Below are positions 36,606-49,700 of a stretch of 64,000 bases of DNA, in pieces (position 1 is the stretch's first letter; every line of letters begins with the position of its first letter). Under the pieces are notes generated by a model. The model saw nothing but the letters and a program-made list of their open reading frames with translations, was not told where the DNA came from and did no database searches. Source of the DNA: Tubulanus polymorphus (taxonomy: Eukaryota; Animalia; Nemertea); NCBI RefSeq assembly GCF_964204645.1, contig NW_027437474.1, forward strand, positions 1 to 64,000. The letters are read 5' to 3'. The position numbers and the translations under genes are program-made.

Positions 36606-37661
36606 ATTTTTTTGGATTAATGGGAACCCAGAATTGAATGTTCCATCATCTGTTGATAAATCATAAACATAGTCAGTTGGCTTATATATTTCAAATAAAT
36701 CTTTAACTTCTTCTGTTAATTCTTTTTCTACATGCCTTAAATTAAAACAATTTGGTTTAGATTTAATTAATTCTAGATTCATATTAAATCCTAATGAACT
36801 GCATAATATATTCAATTCTGATATAGCAACTTTTCCTTTTTGAGCTAAAGATATTGTTTTGAAACTTTTTGAACCATCTGCTGCATAGAATCCAATGAAG
36901 AACCATTTTCTTAAATTATTTTTTGCATTTAATACATAATCTGGAACTATCTTTTCTTTAGTTGAAGTATTACTTTTCACTATTGTATGAATATAGAATT
37001 CATCATTATATTTTGTAGCAAAATCTTTAGGATTATTTACAAATATTCTATAAACCGCGGATGATTTCATATGATCCATGATTCTAAATGTTTTATGTGA
37101 ATAAACTTCTTCGCAGAATTTCTTTATTCTTTCTAATAATTTCAGATCTTGATTGCATAAATACCAACGATATTGAGTGCGATTAACATATTTATACACA
37201 CCTGCTGAACCATCTCCCATGAAAAATCCTTTGATAAAATATTCTTTTTCTTCTAATGTTTCGGGTTCTATATTATAAATATTATCAATAATTTCATCAA
37301 ATGACATATGATTCATTCTTTGGAAAAATCTTTTATGTAATAATTCATCTCCAATTTTTATATCAGTTCGTTTTATTTCATCACCATTTCGTTTTATTAA
37401 ACTATGATCTGCTGTAACATCTACAAATCCTAATTTAGTTCTAACTCTATAGATTTTCTTATTTGTTTTATGTCTAATAATATTCTTTAATTTTTTCCAT
37501 CCATTTCTTGTCCAAACATCCATTAATCCATTTATTTGTATTAATTCTTTTTCACCATATGAAATATAACATTCATTTTGTTTTGGAATTATTTCTGAAA
37601 TTCTTCTTACCAATATTTTATTATTACATTTTAATAATATTGGGGTGTCAGCTGTTACAGA
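36606..37661 (-). mobile_element. Intein (352 aa) with LAGLIDADG homing endonuclease in PolB motif C
   Basis: Block A SVTADTPILL; block B VDVTADHSL; two dodecapeptides YFIKGFFMGDGS and WFFIGFYAADGS; block F YVYDLST; terminal ..LIQKN followed by +1 Thr. Removal restores ILYFD-T(N/D)S-YIL. Confidence 0.93.
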
Positions 37662-40600
37662 ATCAAAATATAATATTTCAATATGCTTTTCCCCAAAAAG
37701 TGGTTGTAAAACATTATAATAAAAATCATACATTAATAATTTTGATACTTCTAAAACAGTCAGACCAATAAATATAGGTTTATTAAATTTCATTGATGTT
37801 CTTTTTAATTTAACTGCTGTTAAATAATCTTCAAATCTTTTATTTCCTAAATGTCTAGGGCTTGATTGTAAATGTCTTAATCTCTCAAAATTATTTACTA
37901 ATTCAATATCATTTCTATTTCTAATATTTTCACATGTTTTACCATAAAAACTATTATTCATCAATTTGAAGAAATCTTTTTCAAAATCTGTTTTTGATAT
38001 GGTTCTCTGTTGAGTATTGAAATCTATATATTTTTCTAACCACTTCGATTGATTAAATTCAATATATCTATGTACTTTCTTTAATTTCATTCCTTGTTTT
38101 AGATAAAATTTTAACATTCTATAATGAACAATATAATTGTATTTATTATTTTGAGTAAGTATTAATTTTTCTGTAAAAACATGATCTTTCGGTTTTATTT
38201 TCTTCTGGTATTCACTTAAATAACTATCATCTACAGTTAAATGTTCTGGGCAATAAGGTAAGTTTCTTGTTTTAAACTTTATATTTTCAGGATATTCTAA
38301 ATCAACTACAAAGAAATAACCAATTGGTGCTTCATCTTTTAAACTCGCAATTGCGCTTTCCCAATCAGTTTTATCACCATTTTCAACTTCTGTTAATATA
38401 AAATTTTTATATGGTTGAGGTTGCATCATTGCCCAACCATATAAATTATTGGCGTCAATATATAATAATTTATATTCATCATTTCCTTTAAAATATCTAT
38501 CTCCCATAACACCACTAATTCCACGTCTAATTGATTTTTCAAATGATAAAACCATATCTGGTTCTTTTAATAAATCTAATTCTACATTTGGATATTTTAA
38601 ACCACATTGCCAGGTTAAACCAGGACTAGAGTAGCAATAACAAGGATCAACATTAAAATGATTAAAATTAACTTCTCTAAATTTTTCAAATATCATAACA
38701 TCTGATTTTAAATATAAATCAACTAATTCACCATGATTTTTCATCTTAAAATGGTTCCAAATATTTAATGTTCTATTAAACACTTCGTCTTTCACATACT
38801 CCTCTTTTAATTGATCATAAAATTGATCTTTTAATAATTCTGTTACATTAAAATCATTGTGTGTTTTATAAAATGAATAAGGAATTGCGCCTTTATATCT
38901 CAATAATTTAAAATCTTGTTCATTTGGATAATAATATCGAGTTATAACAAAATCATTATCAACTAAACTTTTTGATAAATTATCTAATGAACTTGCTAGA
39001 AATCTATAAGAATCTAAAAATCTAATGCAACCAAATTGAAATGAAATATAATTTTCAGATGTTTTAGCTAATAGTTTAAAATCATATTTTCTTACATTTG
39101 CTTCATTCATAGCATTATATTCTTCTATTTCTTGATTAATTGCGCCCAATTTTCCCGATAATTGTTTTATAAATAGATGGGTATCATATCCTGATAAATT
39201 ATGAAATAATATTGGTACGAAATTTACTTTTTTAGCTTGTAAATTGCAATCTTCATGAGCAGCTCCACGATATTTTGAATTCAAATGATCATGATCTCTA
39301 ACTCTTTTATCAAATGAATAAAAACGTTTTTCACAATAACAACAATGAGTTGCATAATTAAAATCAATTTCATCTTCTTTTGTCATAACTATTCTTTTAT
39401 TTTTGTTTAATAATTTTGCAAAATCACTTTCTAATTCAATCATTTTATCACAAAAATCATTAACTACATTTTCACCTCTAAAAGAAATATATTGACTTTC
39501 ATATAATTCAGGATAATTTGATTTTATATAAATTCCATAAGCAGCAGCTCTTTGATGAACTTTTTTAATTGTATTTATAATTGGCGGGTCTTGTATTATG
39601 TCTTCATTTAATTCATTTCCTTTATCCATTGATTTTAATAATTGCTTTTTGTTATATATTTCTTTTCTATCTTGATCAGTTAATTCTTTATTCAACGATT
39701 CAAAATCCCCATAAATTACAAATGGAACAATATTCTTAAATTTATGATTAGTAAATTTTAATTCATAATCTTTTTCTGTTGGCATTATTAATTTACAAAA
39801 ATCTTTATTATCACATAATTCTTTATGTTTTAGTAACGCATTCTCAGTCATAAATTTAGATAAACATTTTCTACATAGATAAATTTTATTATGATGATCA
39901 CTTTCTGTTCTAAAGAATAAATCAATTTGTTTTAACCACATATAATGTTCATTTTCATCTTTTTTGTAATATAACAATCTATAGCATTTTCATCATCATA
40001 ATATTCTGTTAAATATAAAGCTTCCAATGTATAATCTTTAATATTTTCACCTTTTGTCTTTGGTAATTGCATTAATTCGAATACATTTATTTTTAAATTA
40101 TTAACTTTTTCTATTTTAGGAATCATTTTTATAGTTACTGGATATTGATCAATTTTATATAATGTTTCATATTTCCGATAATCTGTTATTCTACAAACAT
40201 TTTCCTGTGATGGATGTAAGCAACTAATAATTGACCATAGAAAACATTTATTATCTTCATTTTGAATATTTATTACTGCTTTTGTTATAAATGGTAATTT
40301 AATATAAGATGATGCTTTAATATCCTTTTCTGTTGTAAAGTTTGAATCATTTTTAAACATTTTATTGCTTTTTGATGTTTTATTTCTTTTTGTATTATAA
40401 ACATTTAAATCTAAATATATTATTTCATTCAATGTTAAGCCAGAACCCTCAAAATATCTTTCTTCAATATGACGTTTAAATTCATTTAATATTTTTTCTA
40501 ACTTCTCTTTTATTTGTGTTTTTGAAATTATTTCTTCAGAGAGTGTTTGAATATTATAATTCATCTTTTCTTCTGACTTTATAAAACTTACTTTCCCAGA

Positions 40601-41603
40601 GATACTAATTTTTGGATATTCAACATCTGTTATCAAATCTAGTATTTTTTCTATTATTTCATCAAATTTACTATAATTAGGGTTTTCTGTTATTTCACAG
40701 AAAACCGTATTGATATCCGCGTGATTATTATTATTATTATTTTCTTCCACACTATTTTTACCAAAAGAACATAGGCTTTGTTACCTTACCGCTGTTTCAT
40801 ATACAATCCATATAATATCGTTCAGCTCACTGAGATCTACAAATAGCCCGCGTGTTTTTTCACGAATCATCGTTACAAAAGCGCTGTCGGGCCGTAAACA
40901 TCGAAAATTTAGCCCCATTCAATGGGGCGACATGTTTTTCGAGTCATCCCGAAATCAACCCGCAGGCCGACTGTCACTTCGATTATCAATTCAAGTATAA
41001 ATGAACTAATTTATTGCCGCAGACTTCACATTCAGTCGCGGTCTTCAAACAGTGATTTTAACAATAGCCCATTTTCCTCATCAGATCATATTACCGATAC
41101 ACTGGAAATTTACTACTTTAGATGTTAAAAGCACTGTCGAGCCGTAAACATCGACGAATCGACGTGTGTTACTACATCGTCGTTCCGGGGATCAGCTGCG
41201 AGTTTCTCCTCATCATGAGAATCAAATCGAGTACAAATTAATTTATTACTACCAGTGATTTGGCTGCGGGTTTCAAGGAGTTAGTTTAACAATATCTATT
41301 TTTCTTTACCGAATTAACCGTGTATTTACTAAGATAAATCTTTAGTGTACCGGGGAATCGTAGGCCTAAACTAAACACGCCGAAGAGATATAGCGGAGAA
41401 AAGCTGTTATGTCGACGAGGTATCAAAATAGAAGAATATATTACTTTATTCGGCCGCGGGCTTCAACCTCTATATCAATACCATCAATACTCTATATTTC
41501 CTACAGTACATACCGATCATTGTCAAATGCACAATGTATTTACTAAATACAATTATATAACACAATCCTGTCCGTATGCTGGACTCACACTTGACATTCG
41601 GAG

Positions 41604-41925
41604 TAAGCGTTCGCTGTGGGGGAAAGGGATCGTTCGCTGTGTCGCTTGAAGTGTTTATCGAGTTTGACGTGGCTTTAGGCCTACCGGTACTGAGCTTTAC
41701 TGTCTCAAACAAACACAGTATAATTGTTGCGTTTATTAACTTACTCATTGGATTGAACTTTAAACAAAATTTACGATATTTAGGTGGGTTGTTATTCAAT
41801 AGGCCTACGACCAATCTGTCCGGATGTTAGGCCTACATAGGCTAGTAGCCTCTACTAGGTTAAGCGTTCGCTGTGGGGGAAAGGAGATCGTTCGCTGTGT
41901 CGCTTGAAGTGTTTATCGAGTTTTA
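41604..41925 (+). repeat. ~62-bp direct repeat pair (~41604 and ~41862)
   Basis: AAGCGTTCGCTGTGGGGGAAAGG(A)GATCGTTCGCTGTGTCGCTTGAAGTGTTTATCGAGTTT occurs twice. Confidence 0.85.
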
Positions 41926-42044
41926 CGCGACCTTAAGGCTTTAGTATGGTGGCTGATAAGGGCCATGCGTTAAAAAAAACACGTATATGCAAATGAGGGC
42001 GACATTATGACAAAACGACAAAACTAAAATAACGCGACAAAACA

Positions 42045-44175
42045 ATAATTTTGGTTTTGTCGCCCGGGACAATTCATTATTTTGGTTTTATCGCCCGCGA
42101 CAATTCATTATTTTGGTTTTATCGCCCGCGACAGTTCATTATTTTGGTTTTGTCGCACGCGACAATTCATTATTTTGGTTTTATCGCCTGCGACAATTTT
42201 TTTTTGTCGCGGTTTTATCGCCTGCGACATTCAATATTTTGGTTTTATCACAAGCGACAATTCATTATTTTGGTTTTATCGCCTGCGACAATTCATTATT
42301 TTGGTTTTATCGCCTGCGACAATTCAATATTTTGGTTTTATCACCAGCGACAATTCATTATTTTGGTTTTATCGCCCGCGACAATTCATTATTTTGGTTT
42401 TATCTCCCGCGACAATTTTTTTTTGTTGCGGTTTTATCGCCTGCGACAATTCAATATTTTGGTTTTGTCGCCCGCGACAATTCAGTATTTTGGTTTTATC
42501 GCCCGCGACAATTCATTATTTTGGTTTTATCGCCCGCGACAATTTTTTTTTTGTCGCCGTTTTATCGCCTGCGACACTTTAATATTTCGGTTTTATCGCC
42601 TGCGACACTTCAATATTTTGGTTTTATCGCCTGCGACAATTCAATATTTTGGTTTTATCACCAGCGACAATTCATTATTTTGGTTTTATCGCCCGCAACA
42701 ATTCATTATTTTTGTTTTATCGCCGGCGACAATTCATTATTTTGGTTTTATCGCCCGCGACAATTTTTTTTTTGTCGCGGTTTTATCGCCTACGACAATT
42801 CAATATTTTGGTTTTATCACCAGCGACAATTCATTATTTTGGTTCTATCGCCCGCGAAAATTCATTATTTTGGTTTTATCGCCCGCGACAATTCATTATT
42901 TTGGTTTTATCTCCCGCGACAATTTTTTGTTGTTGCGGTTTTATCGCCTGCGACAATTCAATATTTTGGTTTTGTCGCCCGCGACAATTCAGTATTTTGG
43001 TTTTATCGCCCGCGACAATTCATTATTTTGGTTTTATCGCCCGCGACAATTTTTTTTTTGTCGCCGTTTTATCGCCTGCGACACTTTAATATTTCGGTTT
43101 TATCGCCCGCGACACTTCGATATTTTGGTTTTATCGCCTGCGACAATTCAATATTTTGGTTTTATCACCAGCGACAATTCATTATTTTGGTTTTATCGCC
43201 CGCGACAATTCATTATTTTTGTTTTATCGCCGGCGACAATTCATTATTTTGGTTTTATCGCCCGCGACAATTTTTTTTTTGTCGCGGTTTTATCGCCTAC
43301 GACAATTCAATATTTTGGTTTTATCGCCCGCGACAATTCATTATTTTTGTTTTGTCGCACGTGACAATTCATTATTTTGGTTTTATCGCCCGCGACAATT
43401 TTTTTTTTGTCGCGGTTTTATCGCCTGCGACATTTCAATATTTTGGTTTAATCGCCTGCGACAATTCAATATTTTGGTTTTATCACCAGCGACAATTCAA
43501 TATTTTGGTTTTATCGCCCGCGACAATTCATTATTTTGGTTTTATCGCCCGCGACAATTCATTATTTTTTTTTTGTCGCACGTGACAATTCATTATTTTG
43601 GTTTAATCGCCCGCGACAATTTTTTTTTTGTCGCGGTTTTATCGCCTGCGACACTTCAATATTTTGGTTTAATCGCCTGCGACAATTCAATATTTTGGTT
43701 TTATCACCAGCGACAATTCATTATTTTGGTTTTATCGCCCGCGACAATTCATTATTTTGGTTTTATCGCCCGCGACAATTCATTATTTTGGTTTTATCGC
43801 CCGCGACAATTCATTAGTTTCGTTTTGTCGCCCGCGACAATTCAATTTTTTGGTTTTGTCCCACGCGACAATTCAATATTTTGGCTTTATCGCCTGCGAC
43901 AATTCAATATTTTTGTTTTATCGCCAGTGACAATTCATTATTTTGGTTTTATCGCCCACGACAATTCATTAGTTTGGTTTTGTCGCCCGCGACAATTCAA
44001 GATTTTGGTTTTGTCGCCGGCGACAATTCAAGATTTTAGTTTTATCGCCCGCGACAATTCATTTTTTGGTTTTGTCGCCCGTGACAATTCAATATTTTGG
44101 TTTTATCGCCAGCGACAAATGATTATTTTGGTTTTATCGCCCGCGACAATTAATTTTTTTGGTTTTGTCGCCCAC
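42045..44175 (+). repeat. 31-bp satellite/minisatellite array with 507-bp higher-order repeat
   Basis: Unit TTTTGGTTTTATCGCCCGCGACAATTCATTA. Diagnostic variants recur 507 bp apart (42401/42908, 42481/42988, 42649/43156). Confidence 0.95.
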
Positions 44176-44265
44176 TTTATTAGCTTTTGAATAATTAGGC
44201 CAATTAATAACGTAATAAAGACTTATTCTTTCGCCTATTTTGAAGTCGAATAATCTGATATAGTA

Positions 44266-44677
44266 CGGAAGCGATAAAGGGCCTCGAGTTGTCGCGTTCA
44301 AACTCGACAAGTCGCCATATTTATGTCGATATATCGCGATATATCGCGTCAAGTCCACATGAATATGTCTACATATCGTGACGTTTTCACAACAAATTTC
44401 GCTTTTTGGCTCATTTTCCACGGGACAAGCCGTCATTTGAAGACATGTCTAAATGTAAGATGAGGACGCTAGTAATATGACGACTGAGTTTCAAGTCGTC
44501 ATGATTATGTCGACTTGTCGCGAGGAAAATGGTCGAGAAAACGAAATATGTCGTCAAAACGTCACGATATATCGACATATTCATGTCGACTTGACGCGAT
44601 ATATCGCGGTATGTTGACATAAATATGGCGACTTGTCGAGTTGGAACGCGACATCTCGAGGCCCCTTATCGCTTCTG
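44266..44677. mobile_element. Tc1/mariner-type MITE with long TIRs (second partial copy ~44779-44905)
   Basis: ~120-bp inverted arms starting CGGAAGCGATAAAGGGCCTCGAG / CTCGAGGCCCCTTATCGCTTCTG, with TA on both sides. Confidence 0.85.
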
Positions 44678-45164
44678 TACATATAGTGTCGAATATTAAG
44701 GTCATTTTGGCAGATTCTTTTTTTTTTAAAGTGATATTAAAGCGATCATTCAAGTGATCCTACTTAATGAAAGATCTACGGAAGCGATAAAGGGCCTCGA
44801 GTTGTCGCGTTCCAACTCGACAAGTCGCCATATTTATGTCGATATATCGCGATATATCGCATCAAGTCAACATAAATATGTTGACACATCGTGACGTTTT
44901 GACGAATTTAAACTCAGTCGTCATATCACTGGCGTCCTCATCTTTCAGCAACGCCAGTCACATGGAGTCGTACGTGTTCTACTTTCTGCGACGCGACACG
45001 ACTGTCACAACCAACCAACGCGCTCTTGCGACTGGCAGAAACTAGTCGCACACAATCGTATTGCAACCGACTTGCACTGAAACTTGCGATGCAACGCGAG
45101 GATCGCATCGTGTCACAAGACCAACCTACATCCGGCTTTAAGTTACTTCGGAGCACCAGAAATA

Positions 45165-45665
45165 TCTTTTTTTTCGTTCAAAAGACCTTTCGCTTGAAAA
45201 TTCTTTCGTCGGAACAAAATTTATTTCGTTCGAACCAATAATATTCTATACGATTGAACCAATTTGAGAAAATCGTAAGAACAAAGTTGAAAAAACTTTT
45301 TTTTGTCCAAACGAAAGGTTTTTCGTTCGAACTATCGTTCAATTGAACAGAATCTTTTTTAATTTGAACAGAATTTTCTTGTCAGAACATTAAGTTTTTC
45401 GTTCGAACAAGTATATTGAAAAAAGTTCAATCGAACAGAATTGTTTTCATTCAAACATTCGTTCGAAAAAATTGTTTTCGCTCGACCAAATTTTTTTGCC
45501 GGGAAAATTTCATTTCAACAATAACAGCTTTTTATTCGAACACATTTTTTGTCAGAATGAAGAAAATTTTTGGTTCAAGCAAAAAGCGTATTGTTCGATC
45601 AAACAGAATTATTTTCATTCGAACAAGATTTTCTTGTTGGAACATTAAGTTTTTTGGTCGAACAG
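45165..45665. repeat. Degenerate tandem repeat rich in TTCGTTCGAAC
   Basis: Recurrent TTTTTCGTTCGAAC / GAACAGAATT units. Confidence 0.6.
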
Positions 45666-46735
45666 CGTGTTAAGGTCGATTTGGAAATTTACTCGGTCTG
45701 GTATATGTTGGATTACTGTGTATGTCATTTGTCAGGACATTAAACAGAAGACAACTTAGGATACTACCTTGCGTGACTCCACTAGTTTGACCGACTTATT
45801 CCAAGATGAAGCGTTCCGTTGATTTCGGCTACAAGTTTTCGTTCAGAGATAACTGCTGAGCCATTTGGGCGACCTATAATTGATACTGTTTCCTAATAGC
45901 CTGTTTAGTAATGGCTGATGTTGTGCCTTATCAAATGCTTCGTCGAAATCCACCGTTGAACAGGATTCTAAGACTGTGCAGAAAACCCGTTATCGCTGCT
46001 TTGCAGCTATATTCTTCTATTGTTGTACCTTTAAAAAATCTAAATATAATAGCTGCAGGACCAATTTTACTATGTAATGTTTCTAAAATTTCAATTGTAT
46101 CTTTTATTTCTAGTGAATCAATATAATTTCTAACATTTTCCATGTAAGGTTCATTTGAAATGGATTTAGTTTTTGAAGTTGATTTTTTTACTTGTTGAGG
46201 TTTATTATCAAAATATTCTGATCCTAAAACATTTTTATTTAAATTTTTATAATGTTTTTGTGATTCGAGATGTCTATTATAATTCCTTTTTACTATAAAT
46301 TCATTACAAACTTCACATTTTATTTCATCCACATTCATATTTTCTAATCGTTCTTTTCTTTCATTAGAATTTTCTGGAGTTTCAAAATCTATTACATTTT
46401 TTATATGATTTGCAGATTTTTCATGTCGTGATTTTTTGGATTTATCGATGTATTTTTTACAATATTGACAATAATATTGATTTTTATTAACATTATTATT
46501 TTCTGGTTGGTGTTCATTCTCTCCCATTTATAAGGAAAAAAAATTACTTGTGGTGATGAGTGTTCGACCTTCGACCTCTGATCTGAAACTCTACTTTCCC
46601 AATTACTGAGATGTTGAAGAAGGCGTAAATGACAGAACTTATTTCAACATAATTAATTATACTATGTATCACTAATTTCAAGGCGACTCCTGTTAATGTG
46701 TAAAAACTTGTGTCACAATGACTGTTGGTACCTAC

Positions 46736-49700
46736 AGGCCAATATGTCTGGAAACCTATTTTTGCAAGATTTTCCATTTTCTCAGCGCAGGCACTCAATC
46801 CTCGTCCCAATTTGAGAACACTATACGGAAAAAAAGAGATCCAAAATGTAAACCTTACCGACGAGCAGTCCAAATCTCCCAGCAATTCTACCTGGAATTC
46901 TTTATTCATATTCTTCCACTCATCAGAGGTCTTCATCAAGGTCTCTCCCAAAAGGCCACAAATCATAGTTGCAACTTTAGAAGCGATGTCGTAGTGATGA
47001 TCCTCGCCATCTTGCGTATCGTCTACTGTGTTCGGATCGTCATAGATACTGTAATACTGTAATATAACTTTCTATATGGAGAGGAGGCATTGTTAAAACA
47101 TTGGGCTTTAAATATAAAAGCTTCATTAAACAAACCTATTGATAATGTAGAATTTGCATGAGCTGTATTTTCTCGTCTTGGGTTACCCTTCAATCTTGCC
47201 AAAGGTTTTCCAATACTTTTACCGGAAGGTGAAACAATCTCCATGCCTACTTCATTGCTCGACGTTTCTTTAGTTTTGAACCCACCGCGTCTGCAAAAGT
47301 AAAGTCCATATTGTTGGGTAACTCGGCAAGGGGCTGTGAATAGGGGCATTGTTCGATGTTTGTCAAGTTTTGAACCTGCAGTGTCTGCAAGATGTGAAAC
47401 TAGGGGTCCGGGACACCATGCCCACTTGGGAAGTGGTTTCAAATGCTCAACAATCTAACAATTTCAATATTCAACGGCCCCTGGTGACCATATACAAAAA
47501 CCAATGACCTTGGAACTCACCACAATCATAGAACACTTTATGGGCTACAACTTTTTTATTGATTGTGTTTACAAAATATGCTTAGGTATCAATATAATGA
47601 GGAAAAAACATTGTCCCATCTACGAATGAGTACTGATGACACCAAGATGGCCACCAAGTGCGTCATAACTGGCTGATCATAAATAAAACATCCCTTTTCA
47701 AAAAATACCCATCACAAATTGAAATGAGAAATGGCAAACCAGTAGGAAGCTACAGGACTCCAAATTCTGGCCAAAATTGACATTTTCTGGCACTAAAAAG
47801 GTCATAGGACAGCCATCTTGAGTCCGATCGACCCAATTTTTCTTATGCTGATGGGCCTTGAGGGATTCAAATATATTCGAAAGATCAAGGTAATTGTTCA
47901 AAGCGTTTCAAATTTCCCTCAAAAAGTTCAAAAATGTGTAAAAAGTGCTAAAAAATTTTTGCGAACAGCAATGGCTGCCATTCAGCCATCTTGATTCTGA
48001 CAAGGCCACTTTTTGGGCTGGAGATGTGTCTAGGATAGATACACGTGTAACGCAAATATCAAGACATTACACTATAGCGTCTTCAAAACTTCCCAAAATA
48101 ATTGGATTCCGTCTACGGACGGACGACGGACGAACGGTGAACGCAATAGCCCGCTGGGACTAGACTGAGGCGTCCATATTGTGGGTAACTGAATGAGATG
48201 GAATTTTGCCGATTGTCAAATGATAGAATATTTGCATTTGATTATAGTGGTCGCCACTATTCGCTCCTACCTCCAAACTATAAGTAGAACAACAGCCACC
48301 AATAACAGTGTTAGAACAGCAGCAACAACGACACTTATTATTCCTGCATAACTAGACGGTGTTTAAACAATGATTCTCTCTTGCTGTTCTATTGGTGGAT
48401 AATGCTGATATGTTTCCTAGATAATTAAAAATTATTAATTGAAGATAATCTTTGAATTGTAAACTGCAATTTCTTATGAAACACAAGCTGAACTGAAAAC
48501 TAGTTGTTTTAAACTCACTCCGTTATAATTCTCAACGATTCCTAAAATAAAACTGTAAGATTTTCCAGTTTCTAGAGGAGCATTTAAGTAACCACTATAG
48601 TTACGTGTATCACCAACTACAAACTCAGAAGGCACTTCCGGTGCTAGAACTGCAGTAATATAAACTGATAATCCTCGCTGTTTAGCTTATCCGTACGAGA
48701 CGTACTGTGATTGGTTGATCGTACGCTTCCGGCGACGGTTGATTGGTCCATGATCGTGTTTCTTCACGATCACCTCGCTGCAAATCAGAGAGTAAATTGT
48801 TCTTTAAAATTATGCGTTATCTTTGGATAAATGTATGGAGGACACTTACGTAATGTTATCATTGTTAACACGTGTTAGTTGAAGTGTAACAGTCGTGTCT
48901 GTTACCGCTGCTTTCTTGGCAACCAGTTGAGGAATTGTTTTTTACCTGAAATATCAGTTACTTAAACTCGTGACACGTGATATTCAGTGGAGACCTGTTT
49001 TAACGACTTACCTGTCCAATAGCTTACGCTGGCAGGCGACCCTTCACCCTTTCGCTTCCAGGCGAAAAATAAACCGTTGTATTTAGTAAAAGGAATCAGT
49101 GACGTCGTTATGTCTAAATTTGTGATGGCGCCTTCAATTTTAGATTTGTTAACTGTTTTTATGTCTGTTAAAGGTGTTGTGGAAATTGTACTGATGGGTT
49201 CATACGTGAGCTGAAAACAGAATAAAATAGAATAGAATATACATGAGGTTACAGGTACTGCCCTCTACTGGTCAGGACAAGTTAATTCCTACCCGACAAT
49301 TGATGACATCACTATTTGGACAGTTTGGTGCTGTCCATGTCAATGTTGTTTTCATTGTATCCCTTGTGAATGAGAAGTCAAGAGAAGCGGGAGGTCCTCG
49401 TACTGAAGTGAACAATACAGACAAATTAAGTAGGCGATTCTGTGACATTTACTTTATGTCGACAGCGTACGAACATCTTTAGGACAGTTAAATGAATCTA
49501 CAATAAAACAAACATGTTTAAAACAATTCTGTGTCTGAATTGATGATTAAGATTTTATTAGAATGCGGGGATTTTACCTGCACACAAAGTCTGTATAGTT
49601 AGTATTAGACTAGTCAGACTAGCAGTTGATATAAGCGACTGTTCACTGATTTCTGTAGTCTAACGGCTATCTTATACCCGGTATTAGGAGTTAAACCAGT

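Larger units (their letters stand above)
40756..46006. other. 5.25-kb non-viral insertion within polB, flanked by CTAT
   Basis: CTAT at 40752-40755 and 46007-46010; removal fuses KGTTIEEYS to VEENNN in frame. The insert has higher GC and contains a satellite and MITEs. Confidence 0.65.
36150..46527 (-). pseudogene. polB: Protein-primed family B DNA polymerase (EndoVII-domain type) with intein; segments 46527-46007, 40755-~39975 and ~39977-36150
   Basis: N-terminal Zn fingers; EGSG, SSYIKLP, DNKCFLWS; IYGDFES (exo I); RDHDH..GAAHEDCN (EndoVII-like); HNLSGYD; YIDANNLYG (motif A); KLMNNSFYGK (motif B); YFD^TNS (motif C); KMY; KLKGI; DDKR. Disabled by a frameshift, small deletions, D>N in motif C and a 5.25-kb insertion. 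Confidence 0.93.
26494..46610 (-). mobile_element. Integrated Maverick/Polinton (adintovirus-like) endogenous DNA virus, decayed; boundaries approximate
   Basis: Very AT-rich, intronless, tightly packed ORFs: pPolB, rve integrase, packaging ATPase, putative MCP. A ~42-bp inverted repeat lies at 26494-26536 / 46521-46562. No TSD was found. Confidence 0.9.

Noticed and set aside
36606-37661. Hedgehog-type Hint domain or bacterial intein-like domain
   Set aside because: It has both splice junctions (Ser1, Asn-Thr), an internal LAGLIDADG pair, and sits in a conserved active-site motif, as true inteins do.
42051-44190. Long ORFs (437, 490, 344 aa) and a CRISPR-like appearance
   Set aside because: They are translations of a stop-free 31-bp tandem repeat in all three frames; there are no unique spacers and no cas genes.
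40756-46006. Insertion in polB read as a spliceosomal intron
   Set aside because: No register of the CTAT overlap gives GT/GC...AG ends on the coding strand.
26494-46610. Endogenous giant virus (NCLDV) fragment
   Set aside because: The polymerase is the protein-primed type, linked to an rve integrase in a ~15-kb gene set; no NCLDV core genes were seen.
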